Assembly: GCF_036321535.1 (NCBI RefSeq)
Contig: NC_087436.1
Coordinates: 90,522,001 to 90,586,000 of the forward strand
DNA from: Camelus dromedarius
Taxonomy: Eukaryota
Direction of reading: 5' to 3'
Length of the DNA: 64,000 nt
Part shown: positions 36,050 through 50,429 of the stretch, piece by piece
Position numbering within the stretch: the stretch's first letter is position 1
Layout of the letters: the number at the start of each line of letters is the position of its first letter
Notes under the pieces: model-generated
Seen by the model: only the letters and a program-made list of their open reading frames with translations
Told to the model about the DNA's origin: nothing
The model's database searches: none
Position numbers and translations under genes: made by a program

Positions 36050-38455
36050 ACATGTTTACATGTACACAGAGTAGAGGTATGGTTTTGAATCCCCACTGCT
36101 CAGATTTTCGTTCCAAAATTCTCAAAATAGATTGACTAGAAAGGGCTATAAGTGCAGAAAACTCTAAGAGTTAAAAACCCCAGAGGGCCCAGTCATAGGG
36201 AACACCCACAGTATTGTGAGATTTAATTTCAGAAGCTGAACCAGAGAAAAGTCCCCTTGGGCTTCTGGCAGGGTAAAGAGAAAAGGAGCCATTTAGAAAT
36301 ACATCTGAGCCCTGTGTTCAGGGCTTAACAAAGCCTGCCCTCCAAAGAAACTAGTTAACCAGACCTTCATCAGCTAGGGTGTGATGAGACCTGATTGATT
36401 TGAGGAAGGGAAATACCTAATTCCAGCCAATTCTAGCCTTTCAAATGGGAAAAGGGAAATACCAAATTCTAGCCCACTCTAACCATCCTGTCCCACCTAA
36501 GGGAAGGGGAAAAAAAAAAAACAACTAAGAAATACTTGGGAAGCTTATAGTCCATAGGCCTAGACTTACTAAAAGAAGGAGACCAAATCATAGGACTATA
36601 GAATGCTTCCCTTCCCTCACTTCTCAACACCACATTACTAAAAGGACTTTTATAGGAATTCCTTTTATCCAATATATTATTTCCAGCTATCAAGAAAAAA
36701 ATTACAAGGCATAGCAAAGTCAGAAAATATCATTTGAAGAGACAGGGTAAGTATCAGAACCAGACATGGCAGGGATGTTGGAATTATCAGACCAGGCATT
36801 TCACACAGCTGTGATTAACAGGCTAAGGGGCTCTAATAGCTAAAATGGACAGCATGAAAGAACAGCTGGTCACTGGAAGCAGAAATATAGAAATCCTAAA
36901 AAAGAACCAAAAAGAAATGGTAGAGATGAAAACCACTATAACATAAATGAAAATGTCTTTGAGGACTTATATAATAGCTTGGATATAGCTGAGGAAAGAA
37001 TCTCCGAGCTAGAGGACATATGAATATAATCCTCAAAAACCAAAAAACAAACAGAATGAAGACTTAAAAAAAAATAAAATGAACAAAATATGCAAAGAAA
37101 ATGGGACAACTACAACACATGTAGCATGCACATAACAGGAATACTAGAGAACAAGAGAAAAAAGAAATAGAAGATATACTTTAAATAACAATGACATAGA
37201 ATTTCCCCAAATTAATGTCAGACACCAAACCACAGACTCAGGAAGCTCAGAAACCACCAAGCAGGCTAAATGCCCAAGAAACAATATCTTGCCATATTAA
37301 TTTTAAAAAGGAAAAATCAAAAATAAAGAAAACAAATTTGCTCTGTGAAAGACAATGTCAAGAGAATGACAAAACAAGGCACAGACTGGGAGGAAATACT
37401 TGTTAAGCACATCATTGAAGACTGTTATCTAAAACAGTAAGAAAATAAACACCCTAATTAAAAAAATGGGCCAAAACCTTAACAGACCTCACCAAAGGTG
37501 ATAGATATACAGGTGGTAAATAAGCTTATGAAAAGATGATCCACATGATGAATCATCAGTGAAATGAAATGCAAATTAAAACAATAATAAAATACCACTA
37601 CACAACTATTAGAACGACCAAAATTCAGAACACTGCGAACACCAAATTCTGGCAAAGGATGTGGAGCAACTGGAATTCTTTGTACCTTACTGGTAGGATG
37701 CAAAATGGTCCCATCACTTTGGAAGGCAGTTTGATGATTTCTTACAAACATACTCCGACCATACAGCCTGACAATTGTGCTCCTTGGTAAATACCCACAG
37801 AATTTGGAAATTTATGTCTACACATAAGCCTGCACCCAGATATGTATCCATACACATCTTTATCCATAATTGCCAAAACTTGGAAGGGATCAAATGTACA
37901 TTCAGTTTAAAGATAAAACGGTGGTAATCCAGACAATAAAATGTTATTCAGTGCTAAAAAAATGACCTATCAAACCATGAAAAAAATAGGAGAACTTTAA
38001 ATACACATTACTAATGAAAGAAGCCAATCCTTAAAGATTACACACTACATGATTACAACTAAATAACATTTGAAAGTCAGAACTATGGAGACAAGGTCAG
38101 TGGTTGTCAGGAACTGGGAGGGAGGAGAGATGAATAGGCAGAGCACCAAGGATTTTTAGGGCAGTGAAAATACTCTGTATGATATTATAATGACATACAT
38201 ATATATCGTCATACATTTGCCCTATACAATGTACAAAAACAAAAGTGAATCATAATATAAACTGTGGATTTGGAGTGATAATGATGTGCCAGTGTAGGTT
38301 CATCCTTGATAAAAAATGTGCCACTCTGGTAAGTGATGTTGATAATGTTGGAGACTGTGCATGTTTGGGAGCAGGATGTATATAGGAAGTCTTTGTCCTT
38401 TCCTCTTAATTTTGTTCTAAATCTAAAACTGCTTTAACAAATACAGTATTTTTAA
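36050..38455 (+). mobile_element. L1MD-like element: 5' region + partial ORF1 joined to ORF2 3' end + 3'UTR
   Basis: ORF1 relic (gctgaggaaagaatctccgagctagagg; SDTKPQTQEAQKPPSRLN) runs to ~37325, then tttgctctgtgaaagac (FCS-K-like), MQIKTIIKYHYT and an L1MD-type 3'UTR (aactgtggatttggagtgataatgatgtg). Confidence 0.75.
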
Positions 38456-40464
38456 AATTCCAAATAATATTCTATTAGAAAATAGGAAAAAGTGGCCTAT
38501 GCTAAAGAACTAAGATTGAATTATTTATTTGTCTTGTTAAAGCTGGTAAATTAATCCAGATTAGGTCTTTCTGAATTTCTATCCTTGACTCTCTTCTGAT
38601 GCTTATCTGCTTCTCCCTTAGTATGCTGCTTATGTTAATCTTGATAATAACTTTACCAGAAATGACTCCATTACTGTGTAGAGCCTCACATCTCTCTTTT
38701 TGATCAAGTGCTTTCCTATTAACAGCCTTTTCTCTGTGATGGGCAGTGACAAACTTTTGGTTCCTTGTTAAATCTCCAAGGATTCTATAAATACTGGAAA
38801 TGAAAAACAAATGCAAGCAAATCAGAGAAAGGAACCTATTTATTTCATAGGACAAATTAAAATTAACCATCCTGTCAATCTTAATCTAATAAGCCAACAG
38901 AAATACTTCTCTGCAGAATACTTTCCATTCTGTTCATTTTTAAGAAGAGTATCCTCCTACAATGTTTCTATATTAGGGTTACAATATTGATTAATTTATA
39001 GCTAATCCTTCAGAAGTTATCAGCTGCATGAAACAGAATAAGTAAAACCGTTAGTTATTTGCAGATTGTAAAAGTTAATATAGAACATATATAAATGGTC
39101 CATGCAGAAGAAAGAAAAATGCTTAAAATAATCGGAAAGCCCTCATCCAATAGATAGTTCTTCTAGGGCATCCACACTGATTCTTTCAACTAAAGTTACT
39201 TTTCTGGAGTAGTACTACTGTATATCTTTATTATGGGCCAATGTTTCTATTATTTTGGAATGGAAACATAGCCTTTTTAAAAAAATCCTGGTACTCTTAG
39301 GTTAAAAAACAAAACCAACGAACAAACAAAAACTCTTCCAAAGAAGTCCATGTACTCATTCACATCCAGGGTTATTTACTTTATGATATTTTCAGAGTTG
39401 CCTTCTAGTAAGAGCAATTACAGATAAAACTGTCTTCTTGAGCTTTTCCTATTTGTGTCATATCTCCTTACATGTGTTTTATAAATACATATATACAAAA
39501 TTGGAAAGAGAAACCATATGCACAAAAAGCATATAATATAGACTGAATTGGTAAAAATAAAGATTAACTTGATTCAAATATGTTTAAAATTGGAAAAATA
39601 GCTTGATATTCTGGGAGAAACACAACTATCCATGACAAATATCTCATTACAGCTCATATTCTTATCCACCCCTATAATGGTATGATTACCCAATGTACCA
39701 TTAATAAATACTTGGAAATTTCTTGTGACTATAGTGAAGAGATTTTAGAATATATTTTATAAATTCATTTCATTTATATTTATAATTTTAAAATCTAAGA
39801 GAAATCTTAAAACTATTGGCTCTTGAGTTGTCTATAATTAAAAATACGTATTTCTTACTTAGATTTACCACATGAACTTTATTTTGATTCTCTTTCTCTA
39901 TACATTTTAGAAAGCTCTAAAATGAAGTTACTCTGACATTTAGAATTTTTGTTTACTTGTGTGTTTCTTCTCCAAAAGCCATATGCTAGATGATTTCATT
40001 TTATTGGTAGCATGTGGCCAATAAAGAAAATTGCTCTGACCTTTTTTACCACTAAATTTTCCCAGTTAGACCAAGAAACCTATTACATATTGAGAAAGTA
40101 TTATCTTTCTTAGCTGAATAATAGAAAAAGTAGAAAAATAGATGTTGAATCAAATAGTTTAATTCTCAATGGCAAACCTAATTTCTAAATTAGCAAAACA
40201 TATTCCATCACCGGTGCCAAAGACAGGACTAACCTCCATATTGTAGATTATTGATATTATTTCTGGTGTTATAATATGGAATAGACTGAGTTATAATTTA
40301 ATCCATAGGAAAAACTGAGACTTACAATACTATTCAAGGTATAAAAAGCAGCAGGTCTACTTAATTACATTTATATTTTTTAAACCTGCTGACATTTGTT
40401 ATTATATCCTACATTTAAAAGATTTAGAAATTAGTCCCCTCCTTAAAAATCACTGTCTGGTGCC

Positions 40465-40898
40465 TATATTTAGTTTCCTGTGGCTCCTGTAGTAAATTGT
40501 CACAAACTGGGTTTCTTACAACAGAAATTTATTCTCCCACAGTTCTTGAGGCCAGACAGGTGAAATCAGCATGCTGGTGTCAGCAGGGCTGAACTTCCTG
40601 GGAGGGATCTAGCGAGGAGTCTTCCTTTGACTCTTCCAGCTTCTAGTGGCTCCAGGGGTTCCGTGGCTTCTGGCTGCACATGCCCTCCTCCTCTGTGTTA
40701 TTTTCCTCTTCTATCTCTTATAAGGACATCTGTCATTGGATTTAGGGCCCACCAGGTAATCCAGAATGATCTTACCTCAAGATCCTTAATTTAATTACAT
40801 CTACAGGGACCCTTTTGCCAATAGGGTCCTATTCATAGGTTCTGGAAGTTAGGATGTGGACATATCTTTGGGGCGGGGTGCATAATTCAACCCACTAC
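40465..40898 (-). mobile_element. MaLR solo LTR (MLT1B/C-like)
   Basis: ttagtttcctgtggctcctgtagtaaattgtcacaaactgg...aacagaaatttattctcccacagttc...tcattggatttagggcccacc...ataattcaacccactaca. Confidence 0.88.
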
Positions 40899-41059
40899 AC
40901 TACCTGCACATGCATATCCTTTGTTTCTAAATAAGGCCTCAATGGAAGATATATTTATCTAAAATCTAGATTAGCCTATGAATTTCACATCTCAGGTATT
41001 AAAAATATAACTGTATTAAGTTATCAAGATCAGATAAAGAATTGGTTTCCTATCATTTG

Positions 41060-41330
41060 CCTCACTGAGTTTTGACTTGCCCATGTGGATTGTGAGCAGA
41101 CTGATGTACAACACGTCCAGTGGAAGCTTAAGATGCAGCACAAGCTTTAAGATGCAGACATGAAAAGAGCATGGTCTACACAGGGGCCACTCCTTCTCCT
41201 AGGGTCCTGCAGTAGAGGTCTAGCTTCTAGCTGAGTCACAGTCCACCTTCAGCTAAGAAACTAAAGTTTGTTAATGTAAGTCACTGAGATTTAGGGACTA
41301 TTCGTTAGTGCAGCAAAATTAACTAATACA
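41060..41330 (+). mobile_element. Old MaLR LTR 3' fragment (MLT1I/J-like)
   Basis: Terminal motif taagtcactgagatttagggactattcgttagtgcagcaaaattaactaataca. Confidence 0.6.
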
Positions 41331-41879
41331 GATGTTAGTAAAATGGCAATATAATAAACACACATTGTAGCTCCCAAACTCATGCTCTTAAACACAACCC
41401 TATACAAATGTTTTAAAAATCCTTGTTTAAGGTTAAGATTGGTCCTAAAAACTGAAGAGAGGAGAGCCTAAGAAAGGAAGCAGGGGATCCTATTTGCTGG
41501 TAGTGGAAGAAAATGGCAGCTGCTAACAAACAAATGAGCTTAGAGGTGTTGCTTGTTAATTTTAACAATATGCTGCAAACATCCCTGGATTTCTCTGACG
41601 TGAAAAAATAAAATAATGTATTTATCAACTTACAAAGCATGAGATACCCATGACAAATGATCAATTTATTCTTCCCAATAAAATGTTGCATTTGCCATTC
41701 TGTGCTTAAAGGACATCCAAAATATCTCCTTCCTTCTTTCCTTCACCTGAATTAACAACTCCTGTTGGCTGGGGAAGACACTTTTGCCCAAGTCATCCCT
41801 TAGCGACAGCCTACAATTCCTACAACTTAATAAGAATTACCTTCAGCAATTATTTTTAACATTTCATAATCTAGTATGT

Positions 41880-42080
41880 TAAAAACAATAATTACAATTT
41901 TATAAGCACTCACTTCTATAACGGTCCTAAAAATTCTTCCAAGAGAGAATATTTATCCACATTCTTTACTTGAAGAAACACAGGCAAAGAATTAGGCAGC
42001 TTCCCTTATGTGAACATTTGATGGCAGAATTTATACCAGAACCCCTGTCTTTAAACTGCTTAGCCCGTGTTATTTTACTG
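41880..42080 (-). mobile_element. MIR SINE
   Basis: atttatccacattctttacttgaagaaacacaggcaaag...ggcagaattt...agaaccc. Confidence 0.55.
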
Positions 42081-43539
42081 AAAGAGGGCATTTCAGAGCA
42101 ACTCAATCTTTTTTTTTTTTTATTCTCCACACTAACTTCTTAACTCTCCTATATGTAAAAATAATTTCATAAATATTGATTTCTGTCACTATAGATAACT
42201 ATAAAACTTACTCATCTAGAAGCTTAGGTTGGCCTAAACTGTGAACAAATGGGTAAAGACTGATTACAAAGACATTTTCTATTTTAAAGTCAACAGAGTA
42301 GAAGAGGGAAGAACAGAAGTTGAAAATAATTTTAGTACCATGGAGCTTTTAGAAAATTTTGTTGTGTTTTATACCTTCAAAATTCAACTTAAAAGGAAAG
42401 CCACTTACCTATCAAACGATATTTAGCTCCCACCAGTCTAATGAGTGTCACAGTGCAGATGCACATGTGCATACTGGAGAACGTCGTTAAGTTATTTGCT
42501 TTGATTCATGCTTTTGGAAGATGTTACACATGGCAGAGACTGGTATATTGTAGACCTATTTAGTTTTCAGTCGAAAGTGGCCATGGTTTCAAAAGAATCC
42601 TGACAGTTTTGGATCATATGTTTTCTCACAGATGTTTGGAGGAGAATTTTCTGACGGAGTCTGAAAAGAATGTTTTGTTAAATTGGAAATAGGTCCTCTG
42701 AGAAGAGGAAACAACACTGGGTTCTTTAATAATTGGTCTAATTATTTTAAACCACCTCTCTTAATCCTACATCTACTATCTTGACTTTGTTTGGAAATTT
42801 GGAAAACACATCCCTTTTAATATAGTTAATATAAAGTAGACATACGTTTTTAGGCCCAGTGAAATATAAACAACTATGAATATTTATTTTTAAATTAGAA
42901 TACTGTGAAGAGCATCTTGTTGTTTAGCTCTAAATTTTGTTAATACTTCTGTGCCTCTTATTAGTCAAAGTATTTATTTTGGCAGTAAATACAGTGATGA
43001 TTTAATTAAAACCTAGACAGCAGAAATAATTTTAACAGAGGGAAATGCATACTGCAAGAGAGTAATGATAATTCTATATAAATCTCTTTGCTAAAATGTT
43101 TTCATGTGTGACTTTAAAGATGGTCTAATTTGCATTACAGTATAGTTATATCATAATCCTCTTTCACTTAGGAAATTCAATTACGTGTGCCTTATGAAAA
43201 ATTACTCAGTGGGAGGGGGAGAGAGAGAAAAAGAGAGAAGGAGGGAGGGAGGGAATTGAGCACATGCCTGAGAATAAGTGAGACACAGGAGATATGACTT
43301 CATTTAATAAGTCAAGTTGCAGTTCTCAAGTACCTATTACCTATTGTAACCTGAGCATCTCATAATATTGATTTCTTATTGTTAAAACAAAACCCCGGAC
43401 TACTTTATCTGGTGCTTAATCAGAGAAACAGCTATCCATCCCAATAGTGAAGGTAAGATTTCCTGTGTTATCTTTAAAGAGGACCATTATCTATCCCCAA
43501 GTGATTTCTTCATAATGAAAATTTCCCTTAGCAGTCCAG

Positions 43540-43880
43540 GCAAAGAATGTGATGGAAGTAGTAATTGGTGATAGAAATAAATGAACAGATTTTAGAACTA
43601 TTTAAGGATAGAAATCACATACTTAGTATTTTATAGCTCAAAGAAGGAGTCAGTAATAACCTCCAGATATTTTATTGAAATAACTGCATGAACAATGATG
43701 CCATTTATTGGCAGAGAGAGTGATGAAAGAGTGAGTTTAATGGGCAAAAGCACAAGGAAGAATTTATTTTGATCTTATCAGTTTGGGATACCTATAGAAC
43801 TTTAAAATGATTTCAATAGGCAGTGTTAATGAATCTAAAGATCAGACGATTGATTTGGGTTGGAGGTACTTCTTTACATC
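43540..43880 (-). mobile_element. L2 fragment
   Basis: aaggagtcagtaataacctccagat...atgatgccatttattg...gtttgggatacctatagaac. Confidence 0.6.
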
Positions 43881-45262
43881 TGACTGAAAAATCACTTCAG
43901 GGAAATCTTTCTTATATTTCCACAGTTTCCAAGTACCCTTTTTAAATGTTTTTGTGTCATTTTGACAAGGATATAGAAACCATACACACTATTTAAACAA
44001 AATTTAATATAACAAATTGTTATATAGTTACTGATGGACTGAAAAGGATTAATAGGAACAATGAAGTAATATAGAGATAGCAATTTGAAGAAGCAGCTAC
44101 CACTTCAGGGCTATATAAGCAAAGAGAAGAAGTTGGGTTAGGATCCTCAGACTCTAAAATTAATGTCTCTTAGGAAGGGGAGCTGCCTCGTGGATGATCT
44201 CCATAGGTGAGGTCCCCAAAATCTGAGGGAACCTCGCTGCCCTGATGCAAGCTGAGCGCATGTGTGTGCATGTGTTTGGGAGAAGCACTGAAAGGACCTT
44301 CGGCCCTCTGGATTCTGTCTTCGAGCATCCTCTTCTGACTCCTAACACACAGTCTAGAAAGCATTTGAAAGAGATTCTATAAGGAATGCCACACATTACT
44401 TTATAACCTAGGCCAGACTGTTTCACTGTAAGTTCTCTTCCAAACTGACATAGAAAGTGAAAATGGGGGAAAAAAGGGTTTACCAAGTTGGAAGAATACC
44501 CTGCACACTAAAGAAAGGACTGTCAGGTTTCTCTCTGGATATAGAAGCACAGAGATGAGAGGAGGACTTCTTTCCTGTTTCCTCTCTCCAATATGGCTTT
44601 ACTATATGAAGCTTTTTCAGTGTCTTAGCCTAAGTGGAAAATCAACAGTTTCTCAGTTAGCAAACAATATACCACCCCAGGGGTTTTCATCTCAATCTCA
44701 TTCATTGACCTTTAGTTTCCTATATAATAGATATTATCTTTTATCCATAATTTTATATTATTTCAATATAAAGGGAAGTAAGCAAATTAGAAGCAGCTGG
44801 TCAGTAACCATCAAGTAAAAAACTAATTTATTTCACTATTAACCTGCCCATCTGATTTTCATATCATTCTGAATACAGACTAAGAAAGCAGTGGTAGAAT
44901 GCTAATTTTAATAGCATCATGGATAGCGGAAATCAAGTATGATGACAAATAGGGAAATAAAGTCTCTATTTTAATTTTATAATCCTTATTTCTACTTGGG
45001 ATAGAAAAATCCACATTCAGAACATAGACCATTATACAAGTATTTAAAATTCTTAAGCATAAGCAAAGCCTCTGCTAAAAGCACTTTTTAAGGTTAATAA
45101 TTTCTGTCATTAGCTTATCAGCCAAAAAGTATGCTAAATACAAAATTATTTTAAAGTATTTTACCTGAAACCTTTTTACAAGTTAAAAAATAAGTGAGGC
45201 AATACAGAATTATCTTCATTTAACTCTCACTCCAGCTGACTTAATTATTTTCATGCTTTCTT

Positions 45263-45552
45263 TTTTTTTAAATGAAGATAACTTTTAAAAATTGAAGTAT
45301 AGTCAGTTACAATGTGTCAATTTCTGGTGTACAGCACAATGTCCCAGTCATGCATATACATGCATATATTTGTTTTATGTTCTTTTTCATTAAAGGTTAT
45401 TATAAGATACTGAATATAGTTCCCTGTGTTATACAGAATAAATTGTTTTTTAATCTATTTTTATATAGAGTGGCTAATATTTGCAAATCTCTGACTCCCA
45501 AATTTATCCCTTTCCACTCCCTTTCCCCCAGTAACCATAAGATTATTTACTA
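45263..45552 (-). mobile_element. Short 5'-truncated L1 3'UTR
   Basis: attgaagtatagtcagttacaatgtgtcaatttctggtgtacagc...; 14-bp TSD tttcatgctttctt at 45249-45262 and 45553-45566. Confidence 0.9.
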
Positions 45553-48549
45553 TTTCATGCTTTCTTCATCATTTTTGTGGAGGCAGGTCTTAAGTTAAAT
45601 GGAAAAAAGAAAATGAATAACTCATTTAACACAAAATCACCAAGTAATGTTATAAGAAGCAGTTATTATTATTTAGAAGAAAATGTGCTATGACTGTAGG
45701 CTTTTACTCTGCAGGGCCAATGAACCCTTCCAGATCACAGAGCCTGAAGAGTGCAAAATTCCATTCCAGTTCCCTTCCTTGACTTCCATACTGGAAAAAT
45801 ATTTTGTTTCCCTTCCAGTCCTGTCAAAGATGTCCCATGCAACAATTAACTGGAATTTCTGACCCCATGCATACAGGTGTATAACAATGGAGGTGGAGTG
45901 GGATACCCTAGGAGAAAGTGAATGAAAGGGAAAATCAGATGTTCAAGATTAGAGATTCAGTGAGTAAAGTAAATAACTTGCAGAATTATATTCTGGTGTC
46001 CATGAATGTTCATGATTATCCAATAATAATTTTTATATCAGTGAACCACTCCTCCTTGCCTTTCCAGATATAGCAGGGATTAATAACGAGATTAAGCTAA
46101 TTTCAGTTTATTCTCTATTTAAATCACATTCGCTGTTTTTGTTACAACGCAAGTGTCCTGTTAGGACTTTTGGCTCTAACTGAGCTTGGCTCTGAGTTGC
46201 TAGGGCAAGTGTTTTTAAAAGTTATTTACTTTACCCACTGAATTTCACCTCTACCTTTGCCTCTAAGAAAGCCCAGATCTTCAAGTTTGATTGGATTTTT
46301 GAGCCAGTATGTTTCCAGTTTTGTTTAAACTAATCTTAGTTGCATTTCTGTCAATCACAAGTTAGAAAAAAATTATGTAGGCATTTAGCACAATGCTTAT
46401 CACATAGAAAGTTCTCAATAAATGGTAATACACATATTTTTAGAGTAGTCAGTTCATTAGAAAAAGCAAAAGATAAAAATTTTAAGACTTTTCTGGGCAT
46501 TTATGAAATTCCTGTGTAACTCCTTACTGTAGAAAACTGGCCTTTTAACTACAACACAGAAGAATAATTTGAGAGAATCTCCTAAAGGGGAAAAAAAAAG
46601 CTAACAATGGAGTAAAATAATGAGAAAGATGGGCACTGACTTGGATAAGATCTCTTTTCAACTCTTCCCCAGTGGCTATCCAAGTTGAAAGTGGCAACAG
46701 CAGTAGAAAAATCTCAAGACACTTTCTGAACAAATACAAAATAAAGAGAATTCCCGAGTCTATTGGCCCATATTTCATCATTTCCTACGTCAGTTTCTAG
46801 TTTCAAAGAAACATTCAGCTTGAAGTCTCGCAGATAGCTTTTTACACAAACATCCTTCCAGGGTTAAATGCATATACGATGTGTGCACATAGAATGAGCA
46901 GTCTGCCGTGTCTTTGGTGATATTAAGGATTACTACCTTACTGAAATGAATGTTTGTGCATAAATAAATACATTCAGACAAAAGATAGGCAAGAGAAAAT
47001 ATCTGGGGATAGTTAGGAAATTCCTGTATCACAGGGACAGATACAGCAGTACTTACTGAATTTCCTTTGTACCTATACACTGTAGTAGAAGGTAACTAGG
47101 GATTTTTGAAAAAGATATTCTTAAAGTACAGTACATTGCAGTAAATATTACAAAACTTAAATTTACCAAGTAACCTACCATAAGCGAGAGACTATGGCAG
47201 CAATAAATAATAAGCTCATGAAGCTATAATACACTCATTATAATGATGAGTAAACTCCTGTGATGACACTGACTTTTTCAGGACATGCAGGAAAACGTAT
47301 TCTTTACTTCAGATAGAAGAACATTACTCTTTTAACCACATTCTTCCAGCACAGCCAGTCATGAAGAATGAATAAGAGATAGTTATTTAGAGAGAGTCTC
47401 ATTTTCTGTCTCCATTTTCTTTACAATACTGCCTCTTGCTTCCTTTGCTTCAGAGTCATTTTTCTCCCCCCTGTTCCCCCAAAAGAAGTATTTTTATTCA
47501 GTTTGAAGGCTGACTCTGGCTGCTGGACTGTAGCCACATGAAAGGTTTTAAGCAGCATCATGTATTACAGGTACCTTGAATTGTCCATTAAAGGGAAAGT
47601 TTATTATTCTGACTTACTATGATAAAAGATGGTACATAGAAGTGAAACCTTCAGTAGTATATTCACCCTGGGCAACAATCCTGGCCAAGTTATTGGTTTT
47701 GCCTTTTTCATCATTTTTATTCATTCAACACTAATGGAAACACCATCCTCCTCCCAGATCTATGGGTCATATTTGTTAGACTCTTTATTTCTCAACTCCC
47801 CTCAGAGGAGTTAAGTATCTCTGCCCTTGCAGCCCAAGTCTAGCCGTAACCACAAACAACTGTCAAGTTTCCACAGTTCTAGGACTGCTGGCATCTCATT
47901 TTTGGCTTTGATTCCTAATCCTTTCAACCCAACACTGCCTCTGTGTCCAGCCCAGGTTGACTTGCTGAGGAGACCTTGAACTCTCTCAACCCCTGTGCTT
48001 CTGGGATTAAGCTTTTGCCTTTAATATGTGGATATTCAAATTAACTGTTTGCTAAACTCTACAAATTAAGTGGAGATCCCCCTCTTTCATAGCTTAAAAT
48101 AACCTAATAACTCTTCCACCAGATGGAAATCTGCTCTCTTGTATTAGCTTTAGCAACTTCTTGTGTTTATTATTGTATGTATATGTATGTCTGATTGGTT
48201 CTTTTTGGAGACACTTTTTATTATAGTAATTGTCTGCAATCTTAATTCTTAAACTGATTACCTTAATTTTTAAATTATACTTTACTTCTTGTTTCTTCTT
48301 AGCATATTTTACTCATAAAGATCTTTTGAAGATACAAAAACACCCACCCAAATTTGACTATACATGTAACACAAGTTATATTTTTTCTCCAAATTTCAAG
48401 CTATTTTGTGTGTTTGATATTTTATAGCAATATAAATATTACTCCAAATTACAGTCTCCATTTCCATTACTTGGAAATTTCCATGTGTCTCTTAATCTTT
48501 ATGTTATCTGGTTAAGAACTTTTTTTTCCTGGGCATTTTATCCCGGTTA

Positions 48550-48790
48550 TTAAGGGAAAGTAATTTAATTAAACCAGGCACTAGACTGGACTTTTAAAAT
48601 ATGTCACTTTATTAATCCACATTGCAATTTATGAGTTAGGTATGACTATCCTTATTAGCAGTAAAAATTTAGGCCTCAAGATACTAACTAACTTGACTAC
48701 ATTTTCACATGGTAGTACTAGAATTGGAATTAAACCTGAATTGAGTCCAGTCCAGGCTGTTGCTTGTTCCAAAACAGTACAAACGGTTGG
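48550..48790 (-). mobile_element. MIR SINE
   Basis: ccaggcact...tttattaatccac...tatgagttaggtatgactatcc...taacttgac...ggaattaaacctg. Confidence 0.65.
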
Positions 48791-49339
48791 GATTTTTCTA
48801 CGAAAAGCTGAGATAGATCAGCAAGTCTCTTGCCAAAAAGTTCTTTCTAACCTTTGAGAGATGAATTCACAAGGCTGTCATGGAATGCTGTATTTCAGAA
48901 AACCAAAGGCTGACCTTTAATGCTGTCTTTAATGAACTTTTTACTTTGCATTCATTTTTTCCCTTCCAAGTCAGCAGGGAAACAATAGGAACTGACTTGT
49001 GCTTGTAACTTATTTCTGCATATATTTTTCAACATATTATTTTTTTCCATAAAATTTATTCAGTTTGTGAATGTAAAATCTGCCTTTAATCTGCCCATTT
49101 TCATCTCAAACATAGTAATTTTCAACTTGGGAATTTCAATCAGCGTATGTATATACACACTTTTATATACACACACATGCATACATACATTTAGAAAATA
49201 TATGTGTAACATGTTTGTTACATGTCTCTATGTAACACTTTTAATGGACAATGTTTTTTATGTAACATGTCTGTTATGTACTAAACTGTGTTGTTCCCTC
49301 TGCTCACATATCATATGTTTAAGCCTTAACCTTCAGTAC

Positions 49340-49672
49340 TTAGAGAGTAACTGTATTTCATGATAGAGCCTTTAAATAGGTAATTAAGTTAAAATGAGTC
49401 CTTAGGGTGGGTCCTAATGCAATCTGATTGGTGTCCTTAAGAGAAAAGGAAGAGATACCAGAAATATATGTGAATAGCAGAAAGGCCATGTGAGGACACT
49501 TAGAAGGCAGCCTTCTATAGGCCAGGAAATGAGATCTCACCAGAAACCAACCCTGCTGACACCTTGATCTTGAACTTCTAGTCTCCAGAATTGTGAAAAG
49601 AAATAAATTTCCATTCATGAAGGCATACAGTTTGCAGTATTTTGTTATGGTGACCTAAGCAAAATACTATAA
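49340..49672 (+). mobile_element. MaLR solo LTR (MLT1A-like)
   Basis: aggtaattaagttaaaatgag...ggtgggtcctaatgcaatctgattggtgtcctt...aaccaaccctgctgacaccttgatcttgaacttctagtctccagaattgtg. Confidence 0.88.
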
Positions 49673-49679
49673 TGCCAAT

Positions 49680-50330
49680 TGTTCCTTTAACTATTGAATA
49701 TGTGGAATGCATATCTCTGTATTTCATATGTGTCAGTAATGGGTCATTTGGATTGATTTTTCTTTTTTATAGGTCTTATTTTATTTCTTCTTTGTGTGCT
49801 TGGTAGTTAATTGAATGCCAGCCATTATAAATTCAAAATTTTGGGATCCTGGATAGTTTGTATTCCCATTTCTGAACTTTGCTCTGAGGCACATTTAAGA
49901 AAGTTGAATACTGTTTGACCTTTTGGGTCTTGGTTTTAAGACGTGTTAGGTAAAACCAGAGCCGCATCTAGTTTATGGCTAAATTATTCCCCACTACTGA
50001 AGCGAGACAATTCTGAATACTCATGAGTTATGCAGTTTTTCAGCCTGGCTCTTGGAAACAGGAACTATTCCAGGTACTGTCCCAGAGAATATCAGGTACT
50101 GTTCCCTCTAATACTTTCAGCTATTTTTTCTTTCCACATCTTGGGTGGTTTCCTCACAAGCACATGCTGATCAATATTCTGATGAATACTAAAGGGCCAC
50201 CTTCTGAAGTTCTTTGGAGTTCTCCCCTGAGCAGCTCTCCTTTCCAGAACTCTGCCTTGTGAATTCCAGAGGCCTTGGTTTCCTCATATTCTCAGCTCTA
50301 TCACTTTCAACTTGGGGAATCTCCTACTTT
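49680..50330 (-). mobile_element. Old L1 5'/ORF1-proximal fragment (L1M4/L1ME-like)
   Basis: tttcttctttgtgtgcttggtag...ttgaatgccagccattataa...tttgacctttt; probably continuous with ~49030-49330 across the LTR. Confidence 0.45.
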
Positions 50331-50429
50331 TGTCCTTCTTCAAAATATCAACTCCATACTGATGAAAATAGACAAACTTTAAAGACAAATACAATTCATT
50401 GAAGGTTTTTTGGGTGGGGGGGGGTGGTA

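Noticed and set aside
41125..41160. Tandem aagcttaagatgcag duplication
   Set aside because: An ordinary short slippage duplication inside an old LTR fragment.
42459..42472. Perfect 14-bp palindrome atgcacatgtgcat
   Set aside because: A few palindromes of this length are expected by chance in 64 kb.
44160..44486. 108-aa minus ORF in a GC-elevated patch
   Set aside because: Non-ATG start, no recognisable domain or splice structure; possibly an old LTR relic.
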